From Octopus vulgaris (Eukaryota), in assembly GCA_951406725.2 (NCBI GenBank), contig OX597833.1, forward strand, positions 6,262,001 through 6,326,000: a DNA stretch of 64,000 nucleotides. Direction: 5' to 3'. Each line of letters begins with the position of its first letter. Position 1 is the first letter of the stretch. The position numbers were made by a program, and so were the translations under genes. A model generated the notes under the pieces. The model ran no database searches. It had not been told where the DNA came from and worked only from the letters and a program-made list of their open reading frames with translations. Of this stretch, positions 11,945-26,265 are shown in pieces.

Positions 11945-12090
11945 TATATATATATATGTATGTATGTATATAAATATATATATGTATATATGTATGTATG
12001 AATATGTATGTATCTATGTACGTATATGTATGTATGTATATATATATATATATATATATAATGTATGTATATATGTATATATCTATGTAC

Positions 12091-12139
<49 letters not shown>

Positions 12140-12405
12140 ATGTATGTATATATATGTATGTATATATGTAGTATATATATGTATGTATATATGTAGTATA
12201 TATATGTATATATATATGTATGTATATATGTATGTATATATATGTATATATATGTATGTATATATGTATATATATGTATGTATATATGTAGTATATATAT
12301 GTATATATATATGTATGTATATATGTATGTATATATATGTATATATATGTATGTATATATATGTATATATATATATATGTATATATATGGATGTATGTAT
12401 GTATG

Positions 12406-12438
<33 letters not shown>

Positions 12439-12610
12439 CTATATATATGTGTATATATATATATGTATGTATATATATCTATATATATGTGTATATATAT
12501 ATATGTATATATATATATGTTTATATATAAATTAATAAATAAAATATATCATATATATATACATACGTATATATATATATATATGTATATCTATCTATCT
12601 GTCTATATAT
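11945..12610. repeat. Compound (TA)n/(TATG)n microsatellite
   Basis: About 660 bp of TA/TG low complexity; source of the YI/CV-rich ORFs. Confidence 0.95.
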
Positions 12611-12681
12611 GCATTCATGAGTCTGTGTCTATGTACATATTTATGTGTGTTTGGTACTGTAACCTAAATAAAAATGGTACC

Positions 12682-12722
<41 letters not shown>

Positions 12723-13207
12723 TGACTTTATTCCTTGTTGAAATCCTCTTCATTTAGTAAACAACCATCGTTCTTTTAATTATATATTAATGACTCAGTC
12801 ACAAGAGGAAAGAAGGGCCTCGTTGACTTGTAGGAAGTAGGGAGTGAAGCTATCCGTAGACGGGCAGCAGACCTGATTCCAATATCTGTTGCAGACAAGG
12901 GGCTCCCTTCAAGGGTTCTCAAAGAACATATGATGGTGGGGGAGACGCATTTTGCTTATATAACATCAATGTCAGTCGACGATGATGAAGATGAAGACAT
13001 ATATATATATATATACATACATATATATATATATGCATATATATATATATATATGCATATATATGCGCAAGGTCGTGTGTGTATGTGTGACTATTTCCTT
13101 GTTTGGCTTCTTAGTGTGTATATATATATATATGCCGTCTGTCTGTCTGTGAATATCTTATATAACTAGGTCAAACGGAATATACTGCTGGTCTTTGTGT
13201 ATGTCTG

Positions 13208-13243
<36 letters not shown>

Positions 13244-13291
13244 TATGTTGGTGTTATAATGTGTGTACGTAATATTTATCCTATGCTAGTG

Positions 13292-13338
<47 letters not shown>

Positions 13339-13950
13339 TAGGATAATAAGAAATCTTAATAAGAAATTATCAGGTAGTTAGTGTGAAAAACCTCATAAGA
13401 GAAAAAATCTGTTATTTTTTCACTTGAAAATGTTTATTTTTGGTAATTATGACTTTAAAAGTCCCTCCTAGCGTGTGGCATTTATGTGTAATAATGCCCT
13501 CTATATAATATAAATAAATATATATATGTATTATATGCGTCTACATAGTGTATGTATATGTAAATATATGTATGTATAGATTTGTGTGTGTGTGTGTGTG
13601 TGTGTATCCAGTGGCTGTCTCTGCAAGTGATGACTGGATTAGATTCAGTGTGTGCGTGCGGAGTGGTGGTCGTGGTGGGGATTTTAACTATATTTATGCT
13701 GGCAGTTTGCGTGTTTCCTTTGTGACATTAACCCCACAACCACCACCACAGTTGACTCAACCACTCAGACACGCACTCACATACGCACCTTATAAATGTA
13801 TACAGAGTTATGGGCCATCGATATACAAATATATACACAACAGAAACACATGATTGGATTGTTTACTCACACGCATACACACACACAAAAACGTGATGAT
13901 TGATATATGAGTGTACAGACATATATCTTTATTTACTCACAAACACACAC

Positions 13951-13994
<44 letters not shown>

Positions 13995-13998
<4 letters not shown>

Positions 13999-14219
13999 AT
14001 ATGTTTGTGTATCTGTGTTTGTCCCCCTAGCATTGCTTGACAACCGATGCTGGTGTGTTTACGTCCCCGTAACTTAGCGGTTCGGCAAAATCGACCGATA
14101 GAATAAGTACTGGGGGCTTTCAAAAGAATAAGTCCCCGGGGTCGATTTGCCCGACTAAAAGGCGGTGCTCCAGCATGGCCGCAGTCAAATGACTGAAACA
14201 AGTAAAAGAGAAAAAGAGA

Positions 14220-14220
<1 letters not shown>
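13995..14220 (+). mobile_element. SINE family A, 3' half
   Basis: GTTTGTCCCCCTAGCATTGCTTGACAACCGATGCTGG through GCCGCAGTCAAATGACTGAAACAAGTAAAAGAG. Confidence 0.8.
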
Positions 14221-14255
<35 letters not shown>

Positions 14256-14511
14256 TCAGACACTTCTATTAATACATACACACACACACACACACAAATA
14301 GATATACACAAGTACCTAGATATTGACATATACATACAGGCATAGTTACGGTTATTGATGTATACACGCAGATAAATATATACACAGATATGCTCGAACA
14401 TGAATAATATACACGCGCAGACAGAGACAGCCAAACGCACATATTCAGATAAATACATACATGTATCAATAAATGACTGTCTGTCTATATATATATAATT
14501 GGATGTGTATA

Positions 14512-14726
14512 CAGTAATCCCTGGACTATCGCGGGTGTTACGTTCCACCCGTCTCCCGCGATAGGTGAAAATCCGCGAAGTAGAAACAGTACTGTACTGT
14601 ATATATATATTTTTTTAATTAATTTTATAATTTGTATATATTTATTTTATTATAAATGCAAAATAACACCACGGGGGATAGACGTAAGCTTAGATAATTA
14701 ACCGCGATGTGGCGAGGGATTAACTG
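14512..14726. mobile_element. pogo/Tigger-like MITE
   Basis: Imperfect TIRs CAGTAATCCCTGGACTATCGCGG / CCGCGATGTGGCGAGGGATTAACTG preceded by TA. A second copy lies at 58419-58600. Confidence 0.7.
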
Positions 14727-15819
14727 TTTAATGAATATATACACCCACACGTATGGATACTAATTTATATACACACAGATTTCGATATATACACAGATAA
14801 ACATACACACCCACATGTATGTATATTGGTCCCCACCCACACTGCGTATTAAAGTGACTGGTTTTACTTTCACGTTTAAAATCAGATGACCACTTTAATC
14901 AACATCTCCATTTTCTACCCCGACTATCTTTTCATCTACCCGTTATATACACCCGTTACTTCTCTATCTACCCCGTTATTCCCCCGTCTACCCCACAATT
15001 TATCCTAATTTTTCATCTTCCGCTTATACACTTTGTTTTTGTTATTCCATCCACCCGACAACTTCACCATCCTTTCATCTACCCTTATATTTTACCCTGC
15101 TACCATTCGTCTACCCAGTCTGCCTCCTTTGTGTTTCCACAGCCCACCTCTGATGTACACCAGGTGGTTAGTGTAACACAGGTAAAATAGGTAAATAAAT
15201 TATGCTAATGAAGCCGTCTCCCTCTCTCCCCTTATTCCTTACATTCCCCACCCCCCTTTCTTCCCCCTCTCACTCCCCTTATATTTCTTTGTCTCTCTTT
15301 GTCTCTGCCTGGGTTTCTATAAATAGAGATTCACCATTTTTCTTATTCCTCTTCTTCCAACTCTAATCTGGAACATTTTGGCAGCCTTTGTTTTTAATTT
15401 CTTATCTAATTGCACCCACCCTCTCTCTGTGTAATGTATGTATACGCATGCCTTTATATATATATAATGCGTGTATACACACATACAAGCATGTGTGTTA
15501 ACGCACATAAACCGTAACGGTGTCAAATTTTCTCCCCACCCCCTGATTGTTCCTTCCCCCCCCCTTGTCTCTCCATTATATAACAAAAACCGTTTTTAGT
15601 GACTCATTTGTTTGTGTGTGTGTGTCTGTGTGTGTGTTATACACTCACTGAGGTTTGGGCTGCTACCCTTTCGTTTACTCCCAGCATTTGTGTACACACA
15701 CACACACACACACACACACTCATAACAGTTGCTCTTTCAAGTAATTTTCTGGTTAGCCATTACAAAATTTCCCCTTTGTTAACAGGTTGTGTATATATAC
15801 ATACAGAATATATACATAC

Positions 15820-16140
<321 letters not shown>

Positions 16141-16559
16141 CACGCACCTACATATATCCGAAAGCTACCACCAGAAGCACCACCGCAAAATCGATACCAC
16201 CACCACCACCACTACTACTACTACTACTACGAAATACCAACACATCAATAAACAACGTTGCTTCTTCAATCGTTGCTGGTTTTTTATTGATTTTTTCCCC
16301 CCCCCTTGTTATTGTTTCTCTGGTTTCGTGATGTCTTTTACGCTGCTTCATCATCATCACCACTTGCCCGTTGCTGTTGTTGTTGCTGTTACTGTCTTTA
16401 ATGGTGCATTAGTAATAGTAGTATTAGTACTACTTACTACTACTACTACTATTACTAGTTGTGGTTGTTTATACTGCAACTGTTTGGTATTGCTACTCTA
16501 TATACTACGGCAACACACGCAATGGTTGCTAACTTTGTTGCTAATACGACACATACACA

Positions 16560-16724
16560 GGCGCAGGAGTGGCTGTGTGGTAAGTAGCTTGCTTACCAAC
16601 CACATGGTTCCGGGTTCAGTCCCACTGCGTGGCATCTTGGGCAAGTGTCTTCTACTATAGCCTGCAGCAGACCAATGCCTTGTGAGTGGATTTGGTAGAC
16701 GGAAACTGAAAGAAGCCTGTCGTA

Positions 16725-16763
<39 letters not shown>

Positions 16764-16960
16764 ATGTTTGTGTGTCTGTGTTTGTCCCCCTAGCATTGCT
16801 TGATAACCGATGCTGGTGTGTTTACGTCCCCGTAACTTGGCAAAAAGAGACCGATAGAATAAGTACTAAGCTTACAAAGAATAAGTCCCGGGGTCGATTT
16901 GCTCGCCTAAAGGCGGTGTTCCAGCATGGCCGCAGTCAAATGACTGAAACAAGTAAAAGA
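16560..16960 (+). mobile_element. SINE family A, near full length (tRNA-derived head, CORE-like TTGGGCAAG, internal microsatellite)
   Basis: A-box TGGCTGTGTGG, B-box GGTTCAGTCCC, internal (TA)n, and stem-loop tail CAGTCAAATGACTG followed by AAACAAGTAAAAGA. Confidence 0.85.
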
Positions 16961-17039
16961 GTATACAGTTCCTGTTAATGTTGCTAAGTACAGCAATAAA
17001 TGCAATCGTTGCTATTGTTTATACCTCAGCACACACCTC

Positions 17040-17600
17040 TATTGTTATTGCTATTTATACTACAGCAGTCACAGTTCTGGCAACTTTGTGGTTTATACTA
17101 CAACACAAACGGTTGATAGTAATATTTATATCATAAGAGTTGTTGCTAATGTTGTTATTTTACACTATGGCAGAGTCCTTGCTAACGTTGCCCACACTAT
17201 GATACAGTTGTTGCTAACGTTATTTATACTACAGCAGTCACAGTTCTGGTAACTTTGTGGTTTATACTACAACACAAACGGTTGTTAGTAATATTTATAT
17301 CATAACATAGAGTTATTGCTAATGTTGCTATCTTATACTACGGCAGAGTCCTTGCTAACGAAGCGATATACTATGGCAGCATAATTGTTGCTAACGCTGC
17401 CCATACTATGTTACAGTTGTTGCTAACGTTATTTATACTACAGCACACACAATTGTTGCTATTGGTGCTATATACAGCTATATCCTAGCACAGCCAGTTG
17501 TTACTGGTGTTGTTTGCTAGTACCACAACAGTCACAGTTGATGCTAACGCTTTATTTACACGGCAACACACTTGTTGCTAATGTTGTTTATACTATAACA
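17040..17600. repeat. Degenerate minisatellite with an about 170-bp higher-order duplication
   Basis: ATTTATACTACAGCAGTCACAGTTCTGG occurs at about 17053 and 17222; GTTGTTGCTAA...TATACTA subunits recur. Confidence 0.7.
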
Positions 17601-17920
17601 GTCACAACTGTTGCTATTGGTGCCATATTTCACGAGTTGCTGTTGTTGCTTTATACAACAACAAAACTGTTACGGTCGTTGCTATTGTTATTGTTACACA
17701 AAGCAACAAGGCCTTGTTGTTGCTGTTATTGTTGCTGTATTCCATGACAAATGACATTTGTTGTTGCTTTTGGTTTGTAGGAGAACCACAGCCACAGTTG
17801 TTCTTGTTGTTGTTGCAATTCTTCCATATTTCCCACTGGTTACTCATATCCTTAAGTAGGAGACAACTGTTGCTATTGTTGTTGCTATCTAACAATTGTA
17901 TTATTACAACAATAATACAT

Positions 17921-18310
17921 GCAGGAGTGGCTGTGTGGTAAGTAGCTTGCTTACCAACCACATTGTTCCGGGTTCAGTCCCACTGCGTGGCACCCTGGGT
18001 AAGTGTCTTCTACTAAAGCCTCGGGCTGTGAGTGGATTTTGGTAGACGGAAACTGAAAGAAGCCTGCCGTATATATATATATATATATTTATATATGTGT
18101 GTGTGTATATGTCTATGTGTCTGTGTTTGTCCCCCCAACATCGATTGACAACTGATGCTGGTGTGTTTACGTCCCCGTAACTTAGCGGTTCGGCAAAAGT
18201 GACCGATAGAATAAGTACTAGGCTTACAAAGAATAAGTCCTGGGGTCGATTTGCTCGAGTAAAGGCAGTGCTCCAGCATGGCCACAGTCAAATGACTGAA
18301 ACAAGTAAAT
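17921..18310 (+). mobile_element. SINE family A, near full length
   Basis: Same head, body and tail as 16560-16960. Confidence 0.85.
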
Positions 18311-19507
18311 GAGTACTTGTTGCTATTATTACCAAGAGAATTCGGTTCATTTTCCTGAACCTGAGCTCTGAGAGTGCCTTTCTGGCGGCAGGAATGTGGC
18401 ACGCTCCTCGCAAGTCCATCATTGAAGCTGCCAGATGCAGGTGCTGCAAGCCCCAAGAGAACAGCCCCAGCAAGGAAACCTCTGTGTGGTGTCTCAGCCT
18501 GCTGGTTATAGCAACTAAATCTCCCTCAATTTACACCCTACTTCCTTAAAAAAAAGCCACAAAAGACATGATGGAGTAACATATATACCTACATGTTGCA
18601 GGTTCAGACTGGATGATCATGGGTGGACTATAATTGTTCATAAACCTCCTGAGCCAGTGTTGGCCTGGGGCTAAACAGTTACAACAACAATAATAGACAA
18701 ACATAGGTTTACTTATTGATCTTCATCTCTAGTATACTTACATCCGTATATTCTTGTATGTGTATGTGTGTGTATGAGAATATATGTATGTGTATGTGTA
18801 TAAGTATGCGTTCCTGTTGATGTCGTAGTGATGGTAGTAGTAGTAGTAGTAGTTAACTAGTAGTGTTGAGATACTCGTACTGGTTACAGTAATATTTTAA
18901 CCTATATATATATAGTAATAGTATTTGTGGTATTAGTAGCATAACTATGTTAATGCAGGTACAATGGTGATGCTAGTGGTGGTGGTAGTTGCTATAATGG
19001 TATGGTGAAGTTGTCGGTGAACAGTCTGTAACGGTGCCAGAAACCAAAATTGGCAGCAGCTAAATTCCAATGACAGCTGTACCAAAGTTTATGTGCAATA
19101 AGGAATATGTACTGTAAATGGTAAACGAGAGAGAGAGAAGTAGTTATTATTTAGCCCATGGTTCGTCCTGTCGGAGCAGGTTTATGATCGCAGGCTTGCC
19201 AAGGCTGTTTGTTAGGTGGATAACTGAACTTACTTACCCTCGCTAGCACTCTTGTACTCCCCAAATACAGGTGCAAGAATTGCCATTCTACATTACTTTA
19301 GTTCACCTGGCTGTCTGCAACAGGTACCAAATCATTTGGGAATGTCAGCTTTGAGAGACCAACATTCTTCTGCATTGTCTCACTTAACCTCTGTTCTTCT
19401 GTCACAGATACCATTCCCAGACAATGTGGTTCATATATTGTCAACAGGTAGGTAAGCTAGATATTATTCATACCTTCGCTGACACCCTCGCCCACCCCCA
19501 CTCAAAT

Positions 19508-19706
19508 AGATCAGAAGCCGGAAATGGAATTCATGAGATTCCCTATTCAAATCCACTACAATTGTTTCAACTCATTCTGCACTTGTGGCTCATAGCAGAG
19601 ATGCTTTGCAATCAGTTGTCTTGCATCACAGGAACAGAATGAGTTGAAACAATTGTAGTGGATTTGAAGAGAGAATCTCATGAATCCCATTTTCTGTCTT
19701 TGATCT
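19508..19706. repeat. 72-bp inverted repeat with 55-nt spacer (long hairpin)
   Basis: Arms 19508-19579 and 19635-19706. The inner 34 bp (TTCAAATCCACTACAATTGTTTCAACTCATTCTG) are perfectly complementary. Confidence 0.9.
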
Positions 19707-20702
19707 GTCTGTATAAACTCTGCAGACTCCAAGGAATTCCTGGAGTAAATCCAGTACCATTTGCATCTCTACAGTCGATGACATCTTGTAGTCAAATTCT
19801 GTGAATAAGCAGCATCCTACTATCAGTGCCCGTCAGGTGTCACACCTTCAGTGTTCCTTTGGGTGAAGATGGAATTGCCTATCCAACGAAAGGGACCACC
19901 ACTCCAGAATTTCTGTACAATTCTTGCATTAATTGACAGTTTTTGAATCTGTGTATTTTATGTGAAATATCAGGAACAATCTAGGGACGACTCTGTGTGT
20001 GTAATTGAGTGTAAAGAATTGTGTGTATGTGTGTGTGTGTGTGTATGTGCATACACATACGGCACATATGTGTATATAAGTGTGTATGTACGCATACTGA
20101 TGATGGAGATAAATGACTTCAGATATGTGCAGAAATATTGACAAACTTGTTTTACTACCACCAGTTCTGGCCAAAAATAAATTGGTATGTACACTGGCAG
20201 TGTGTGTGTGTATGGGAGAGAGAGATAGATAGGTAGGTAGAGAGAGAGAGAGAGAGATGCATTAATGGTGTTTGTAGAGAGGAGATTTTAGTGAAGATTT
20301 GTGTGTGGAAAGAGAGAAGTGCAGAGAATGTGAGATGGGGAGAGAGAGAGAGAGATTCTGAGAGTGACTGATGGAGAGAGAGAGAGAGATGTAGGTTCTG
20401 TGTGTGTAGTGATGGAGGTGCTGGTATGGAACAAAAGCAGATTTGGGTGAAATTGTTTACTAGCAAGTTTTTGCTGCAGTTTGAAGAACTTCCTCTAGAA
20501 CTGGTCTTGTATATAGAAACGGTAACATTGAAATATTGGTGATGGTGGTGGTGATGGTGGAGTTGTTGTTTTGTGTTGAGCAAACCATTTTAATGAACAT
20601 TGTACATGTATATATATGGCCTACCCATGCCATCATGGAAAACAGACATTAAACAACAATGATGTACATACAAGTGTGTGTGTGTGTATGTATATATATA
20701 TA

Positions 20703-21010
20703 TCATCATCATTGTTTAATGTCCGCTTTCCATGCTAGCATGGGTTGGACAATTTGATTGAGGACTTGCGAACCAGATGGCTGCACCAGGCCTCAATCTG
20801 ATCTGGCAGAGTTTCTACAGCTGGATGCCCTTCCTAATGCCAACCACTCTGAGAGTGTAGTGGGTGCTTTTATGTGCCACTGGCATGAGGGCCACGCTCA
20901 GATGGTGTTTTTTACGTGCAACCTGCACAGGAGTCAGTTCAGCGGCACTGGCAATGACCTTGCTCAAATGTTTAGTTCACATGCCACTGGCACAAGTGCC
21001 AATAGGGCAA
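20703..21010 (-). mobile_element. SINE family C
   Basis: (CAT)n, TTTAATGTCCGCTTTCCATGCTAGCATGGGTTGGAC, GGATGCCCTTCCTAATGCCAACC. Confidence 0.8.
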
Positions 21011-21044
21011 CACTGGTACTGATCACACTCGTATATATATATAT

Positions 21045-21231
21045 AATGGGAAGGTTTACAAAAATAAACAAAAGACGAAGGTAGGTGGAGTACAAACAAA
21101 CAAATGTATTAGTATGGCACTCAAGGATAGAAAAAGTCTTTTATGTTTCGAGCGTATGCTCTTCGACAGAAATATACACAGAAAAAAACAAGGAGAGAAA
21201 AAAATGCATGTAGGAGCTAACGATCTATCAT
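21045..21231 (-). mobile_element. Short (TA)n-associated Penelope-like pLTR remnant with hammerhead-like motif (21137-21174)
   Basis: Reverse-complement homologue of 57362-57572. Minus strand reads CTGTCGA A GAGC-ATAC-GCTC GAAACATA AAAGA. Confidence 0.6.
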
Positions 21232-22487
21232 ACGCACACACACATAAGGAAAGGCATGCTAAAAGGGTTCTGTGGGAAAACTCATTTAAATAAAAGGGGT
21301 CTTTGGTAGTGAAAATGTAAGGAAACCACTGTTATACATACATACATACATACAAGTTAGCGCTTCACTTTAATTTCAGTTCTGTTCTTGCTGTCTCCTG
21401 ACTACCATCATCATCATCATCATCATCATCACTACCACCACTACCATAGCTACTGATACCATCGTTACCAACACCAACATCACTCGTTACTGTTATCCAT
21501 CTCATTATCTTAATCCTGCATCATCATCATCATCATCTTTATGTTTAATTAACCTTTTCAAGAGCAGAGCTGTTGGTTGTACACTTGCACACGCACCCTC
21601 ACACATACGTAATGAATGCACACACACGCGCATGTGCATACATACACACACACACACATGCATATGTGCATACACACACTCACACACACACATGCATATG
21701 TGCATACACACACTCACACACACACACATGCATATGTGCACACACACACACAAACTATAGAGTTGGTGTATCGTGACAGAGTAAATCTATCCATGGAGTA
21801 AATCTGTTTTTGACTTCTCTTTCTCCCCACCCCACCCTTCCTACCCTCCTACCCACCTCCTGGTTATTGAAGACACGTGACACCTCTCACTTGAAAGTTC
21901 TTGATTAGTCAACCAGAAATACATGTGTGTGTGTGTGTTGTTGTTATTATTGTAACTTGCCTGATGCCCCTATGCACCCAAGAGTGAAATTCTGAGAAAC
22001 ATGAGACTGGCTCGAAACAAAATATAAATATACATTTTCTGTAAATTACCGTCAACGTCATTTCGATGTTGACTTTTCTTTGATTGCACGTGATCGCTGG
22101 AGTATATTGAAGCAAATTTTCAACTGGTGGATGCCTTTCCTGTCTCTAACTTTCACTCATTTCCAAGCAAAGCAAAGCAGTATTTTCCCCACGGCCAACC
22201 ATTTCCACATCATCATTGTTTAACATCCACTTTCCATGCTAGCATGGGTTGGACGATTTGACTGAGGACTAGCGAACCAGATGGCTGCACGAGGCCCAGT
22301 CTGATCTGGCAGTGTTTCTACGGCTGGATGTCCTTTCTAACGCCAACCACTCCATGAGTGTGGTGGGTGCTTTTTACGTGCCACTGGCACAGGTGACAGA
22401 TGAGGCTGATGCTGGAAATGAATGACACTGCTTCTATGACAGTGACACACATTTACAACTATCACATTACATCACGGCAAAGAAGCA

Positions 22488-22572
<85 letters not shown>

Positions 22573-22829
22573 GCAAACAAGCAAACAAACAAACACTCTC
22601 ACACACGTATGATGGTTTTCCATCTAGCAAATCTGCTAACAAAGCTTTGGTTGGCCTGGGGCCCAAGTTATCATGCATTGGGGCTGAACCCAGAACCATG
22701 TGGTTGGGAAGTGAGCTTCTTAACCCCGGAGCCTACACATGCACACACATTTGTTTCGACCCTCACAGTCCATTTTGTGACTAAAGAGATCTTGTTGGGA
22801 AATACCTAGGTGTGGGTATATCCTAGAGG

Positions 22830-23390
22830 AATGATCATTTTCTTTTTCCTTTTAATTGCTGGGTGTCGAGAAAGGGGCAGTGCCCATTGGACCCTGCAGG
22901 CCTTCCAAGGCTGGGGTCACTGACACCATTAATGTTCCTCTTGAACATTTATAAGTCAACACCAGCAGGGTGGGAATTCCAGAGGATTGGCATTCTGCAG
23001 AAGAAGGACTGGATGTGGATATTACTTTAGGTCCTGGGGCTAAGGATGGACCCAAGGGTGATGAAAGGAGTTGCAGGAGAGACAAGTGGATTAGTAGATG
23101 TGAAGTTGGCTCCAGAAATTCCAACCAGCTTCAAGGAACAAAGGCCATTGTAGTAGTAGTAGAAATGGCAGAAAGAGGAGATACAGCACACCTTTTGGTC
23201 AGACACCAGTGTGTGTCTTTCTGAATGGTTTTACACTGGTCACTTGAGTGGCGCTTTCTTTGGACGTAGTCTAGAATTATCTGCCTGTATGTGTCCCAGA
23301 TGTAAGAGCCTTCTTCAACATGACAGAAGACAGTTCAATCCTCTGAGCTCCATCTTTTCATGTCACATGATAATGCTCATAGCAACAATT
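22830..23390 (-). mobile_element. CR1/Jockey-group LINE remnant (RT C-terminal region, degenerate)
   Basis: Minus-strand fragments EEGSYIWDTYRQIILDYVQRK, CHFYYYNGLCSLKL and QSFFCRMPILWNSHP resemble EY.SHIW...LD.IQRR, FY.YY.G.CS.EL and SFF.R...LWNSLP. Confidence 0.55.
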
Positions 23391-23984
23391 ATAATTACCT
23401 CCTCTCGTTAATTTTCTAATTACACCATCACCCCGTCCCATTCATAGACTCCCTTCCTCCGCTCCCACAAATGCTACCATACATCAATTATAGGATGAGA
23501 TAGTGGCTACCTCTATGTGGTTGCTTGGTCTGCTAGATATAGCAGTCAAACCTATTAAAGTTAGACCCATCCTCACTGTTTTAAAATGTTAGCATATTGT
23601 CTTGAGTAGTATAGTTACGTCATCCGAGGAAATGATGGGATGGTTGCCACTGGAACTTTTTCAACCTTGAGGTTTCTGGATCAAAGCTGGCCTGGGACTA
23701 AGCAATGACAGTGAGAAACTATTGTAATAATGATAATAATCCTGTCTACAACAGGTACAAGGCCTAAAATTTTGGGGGAGGGGTTAAGTTGATTACATCA
23801 ACCCCAGTATTCAACTGGTACTTATTTTATTGACCCCAAAGCTATGAAAGACGCAAAGTCAACTTTGGTGGAATTGGAACTCAGAACGTAGCGACAGGTG
23901 AAATACTGCTAAGCATTTTGTCCAGCGTGCTAACGATTCTGCCAGCACACCGCCTTAATAATAATGATAATAATAATAATTAAT

Positions 23985-24210
23985 TCATTTATTGGCCACA
24001 AGGGCTAGCAAAAATCAGATAAAGCATGTAAGGACAAAATACAGGACGAAAGTTACAAAAAGGGTTTTGTCCGTTTGAAAAGTCCGTGTAAAAATGCAAG
24101 TTAACAATGAAAATATAACAAGTAAAAACTCCCTATAGGGGGAGGCGCTTCGAAAGGTTACTAGTGGAAAAACCCTTAAAAGCCATGGGAGCCTGGTCAA
24201 AAGGTGGCGG
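23985..24210 (-). mobile_element. Probable LINE 3' UTR fragment whose terminus resembles the SINE family B tail
   Basis: Minus strand ends CTAGCCCTTGTGGCCAATAAATGAA; the SINE B copy at about 37550 ends TTAGCCCCTTGTGGGCAATAAAGAAA. Confidence 0.4.
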
Positions 24211-25454
24211 TATTATTATCATTCTGGTATTGGTACAAGGCAAACTATTTTGGGGGATGAGAACAAGTTGATTTCACTAACCCCTGTATTTAACTGCTAC
24301 TTTATTCTTTTGACCCCAAAAGGATAACAGGCAAAGTCGACCTTAGTGGCATATGAACTCCGAACGCAAGGACAGATAACATACCATTAAACATTTTACC
24401 TGACCTGCTAAACAATCCATGCCAATTTGCTGTACCTTAATAAAATGATCGGACTGCATAACACGAGTTCTATTTTTCAGTGGGGTTATTATTTTCTAGG
24501 ATCATAGTATCTGAGCCTTTCTTCTTTTAATACAGTGGAGTGGGGTTTGAGTGCTATTTCTAGCAGGACTGGGTGCCACATTGACAGAGTGGGATGGGTC
24601 TTCCTCATAAGCTTGTCTCTTTGTTGTCAGTAAACATACTAACAATCCTGAACTCTTCTAACCCCCACCCCCACTGGCCCAGTTTGTCATTAATTACCAT
24701 ATTTCTTTGGAGTGTCTCTACCTGAATGTCTTCCCATTGTTGGCCTTCACATTACTATTCGAAAACTCCATTATTCATTTCATTCCTTTGTTGAAGAATT
24801 ATTTGTTTAAATGTTGGCCCAGACAAAATGGTTTGTGTCCAGAATAACTAAACTACTAGGTATGACCTTCTTGCACTTAACTATATGTTATGCATGCAGG
24901 GGGCATTCCTACAAAAATATTTCTCATTTCATTATTCTAAATCGTTTGACCTTTACGCTACCATATTTCTATTGAAATACAATTCCTTGTTTCGATTCAT
25001 TTAGAAACTAAGAATTTAGTAAAATAAGTTTGTCTTTATTTACCATTTAGCATTCAGGTTCCTCTGTCAGACATAATGTTTGTTTATTGGCATCAATCAT
25101 GCATTCTCTCCAAGCTTTGAGATTTCAATGATTTGATTGTTTACTTTTAGAATCAGGTTGTAGGATAGGTCTTTGAGGTTGGGTCTTGCTGCTTTGAGCG
25201 TAAAACAAATAGAATATTTTGGCTGCATATTATTGCCAATGTAAATGCTAACAGGGTCAACTGCTCTTTTGAACATAAATTAACATGAAATGTTGATGGA
25301 GAGGTTTTAGTTCCTTTTAACCCTTTTGTTACCATATTTCTAAGGATATACACTGCCATTGTTTCAACTTTGAAAGAATTTAGTAAAATATCTTTGTTAA
25401 CATCAAAATCAAAATCAACATCAAAATAAATATCAAATGGAAATTGTAGTTGTG

Positions 25455-25705
25455 ATACCTGTGCCAGTGGCACGTAAAAAGCACCATCCGAACATGGTCG
25501 ATGCCAGCCTCCCCTGGCACCTGTGTCGGTGGCACGTAAAAAGCACCCACTGCACTCATGGAGTGGTTGGCGTTAGGAAGGGCATCAAGCTGTAGAAACA
25601 CTGCCAGATCAGACTGGAGCCTGGTGCAACCTCTTGGCTTCCCAGACCCTGGTCGAACTGTCCAACCCGTGCTAGCACGGAAAACGGATGTTAAATGATG
25701 ATGAG
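25455..25705 (+). mobile_element. SINE family C
   Basis: GTGGCACGTAAAAAGCACC subunits, GGCGTTAGGAAGGGCATC core, GATGTTAAATGATGATGA tail. Confidence 0.8.
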
Positions 25706-26033
25706 GAGGATTAAGTTGATGGTGTTTGGAATATGACCTAACACAAAATTTTGGTTACCACTTCGCTTCAAACCGCTTTGGTTCTAGGGTAGGATTTTCT
25801 TATTCTAAAGTGATTTTGATTGAAACCTTCAACAAAAAAAAAAAAAAAAAATCCATTAATTTATGTCCTAAACAACTTTAATGTAAAAATTAACCAAAAT
25901 AAAGGCAAAGCATTTCGAGAGAAATTTGCCAACTTAAAAGTTAAGAAATTTTCTCAACCAAAACCTTTTTAAGACCAAATTTCTTTAATTCTCTGTTAAG
26001 AGGTTTTTTCCCCTTGTAGGTATGGCTGTGTGA

Positions 26034-26265
26034 AGGCGACAAACTGGCAGAATCGTTAGCACGCCGGGCAAAATGCTTAGTGGTATTTTGTCTGCCGCTA
26101 TGTTCTGAATTCAAATTTCGCCGAGGTCAACTTTGCCTTTCATCCTTTTGGGGTTTATTAAATAAGTACCAGTTATCCACTGGGGTTGATATAATCGACT
26201 TAATCCATTTGTCTGTCCTTGTTAGTCCCCTCTGTGTGTAGCCCCTTGTGGGCAGTAAAGAAATA
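26034..26265 (+). mobile_element. SINE family B monomer
   Basis: Head CTGGCAGAATCGTTAGCACGCCGGGC, domain TTTGCCTTTCATCCTTTTGGG, tail GCCCCTTGTGGGCAGTAAAGAAATA. Confidence 0.8.

Noticed and set aside
11907-12741. Y/I/C/V-rich and H/T-rich ORFs here and throughout the window
   Set aside because: Stop-free frames of (TA)n/(TG)n/(CA)n microsatellites.
16932-16960. SINE A tail (hairpin + GAAACAAGTA) resembling the 3' half of a hammerhead
   Set aside because: No CUGANGA upstream in any copy; an ordinary retroposon stem-loop tail explains it.
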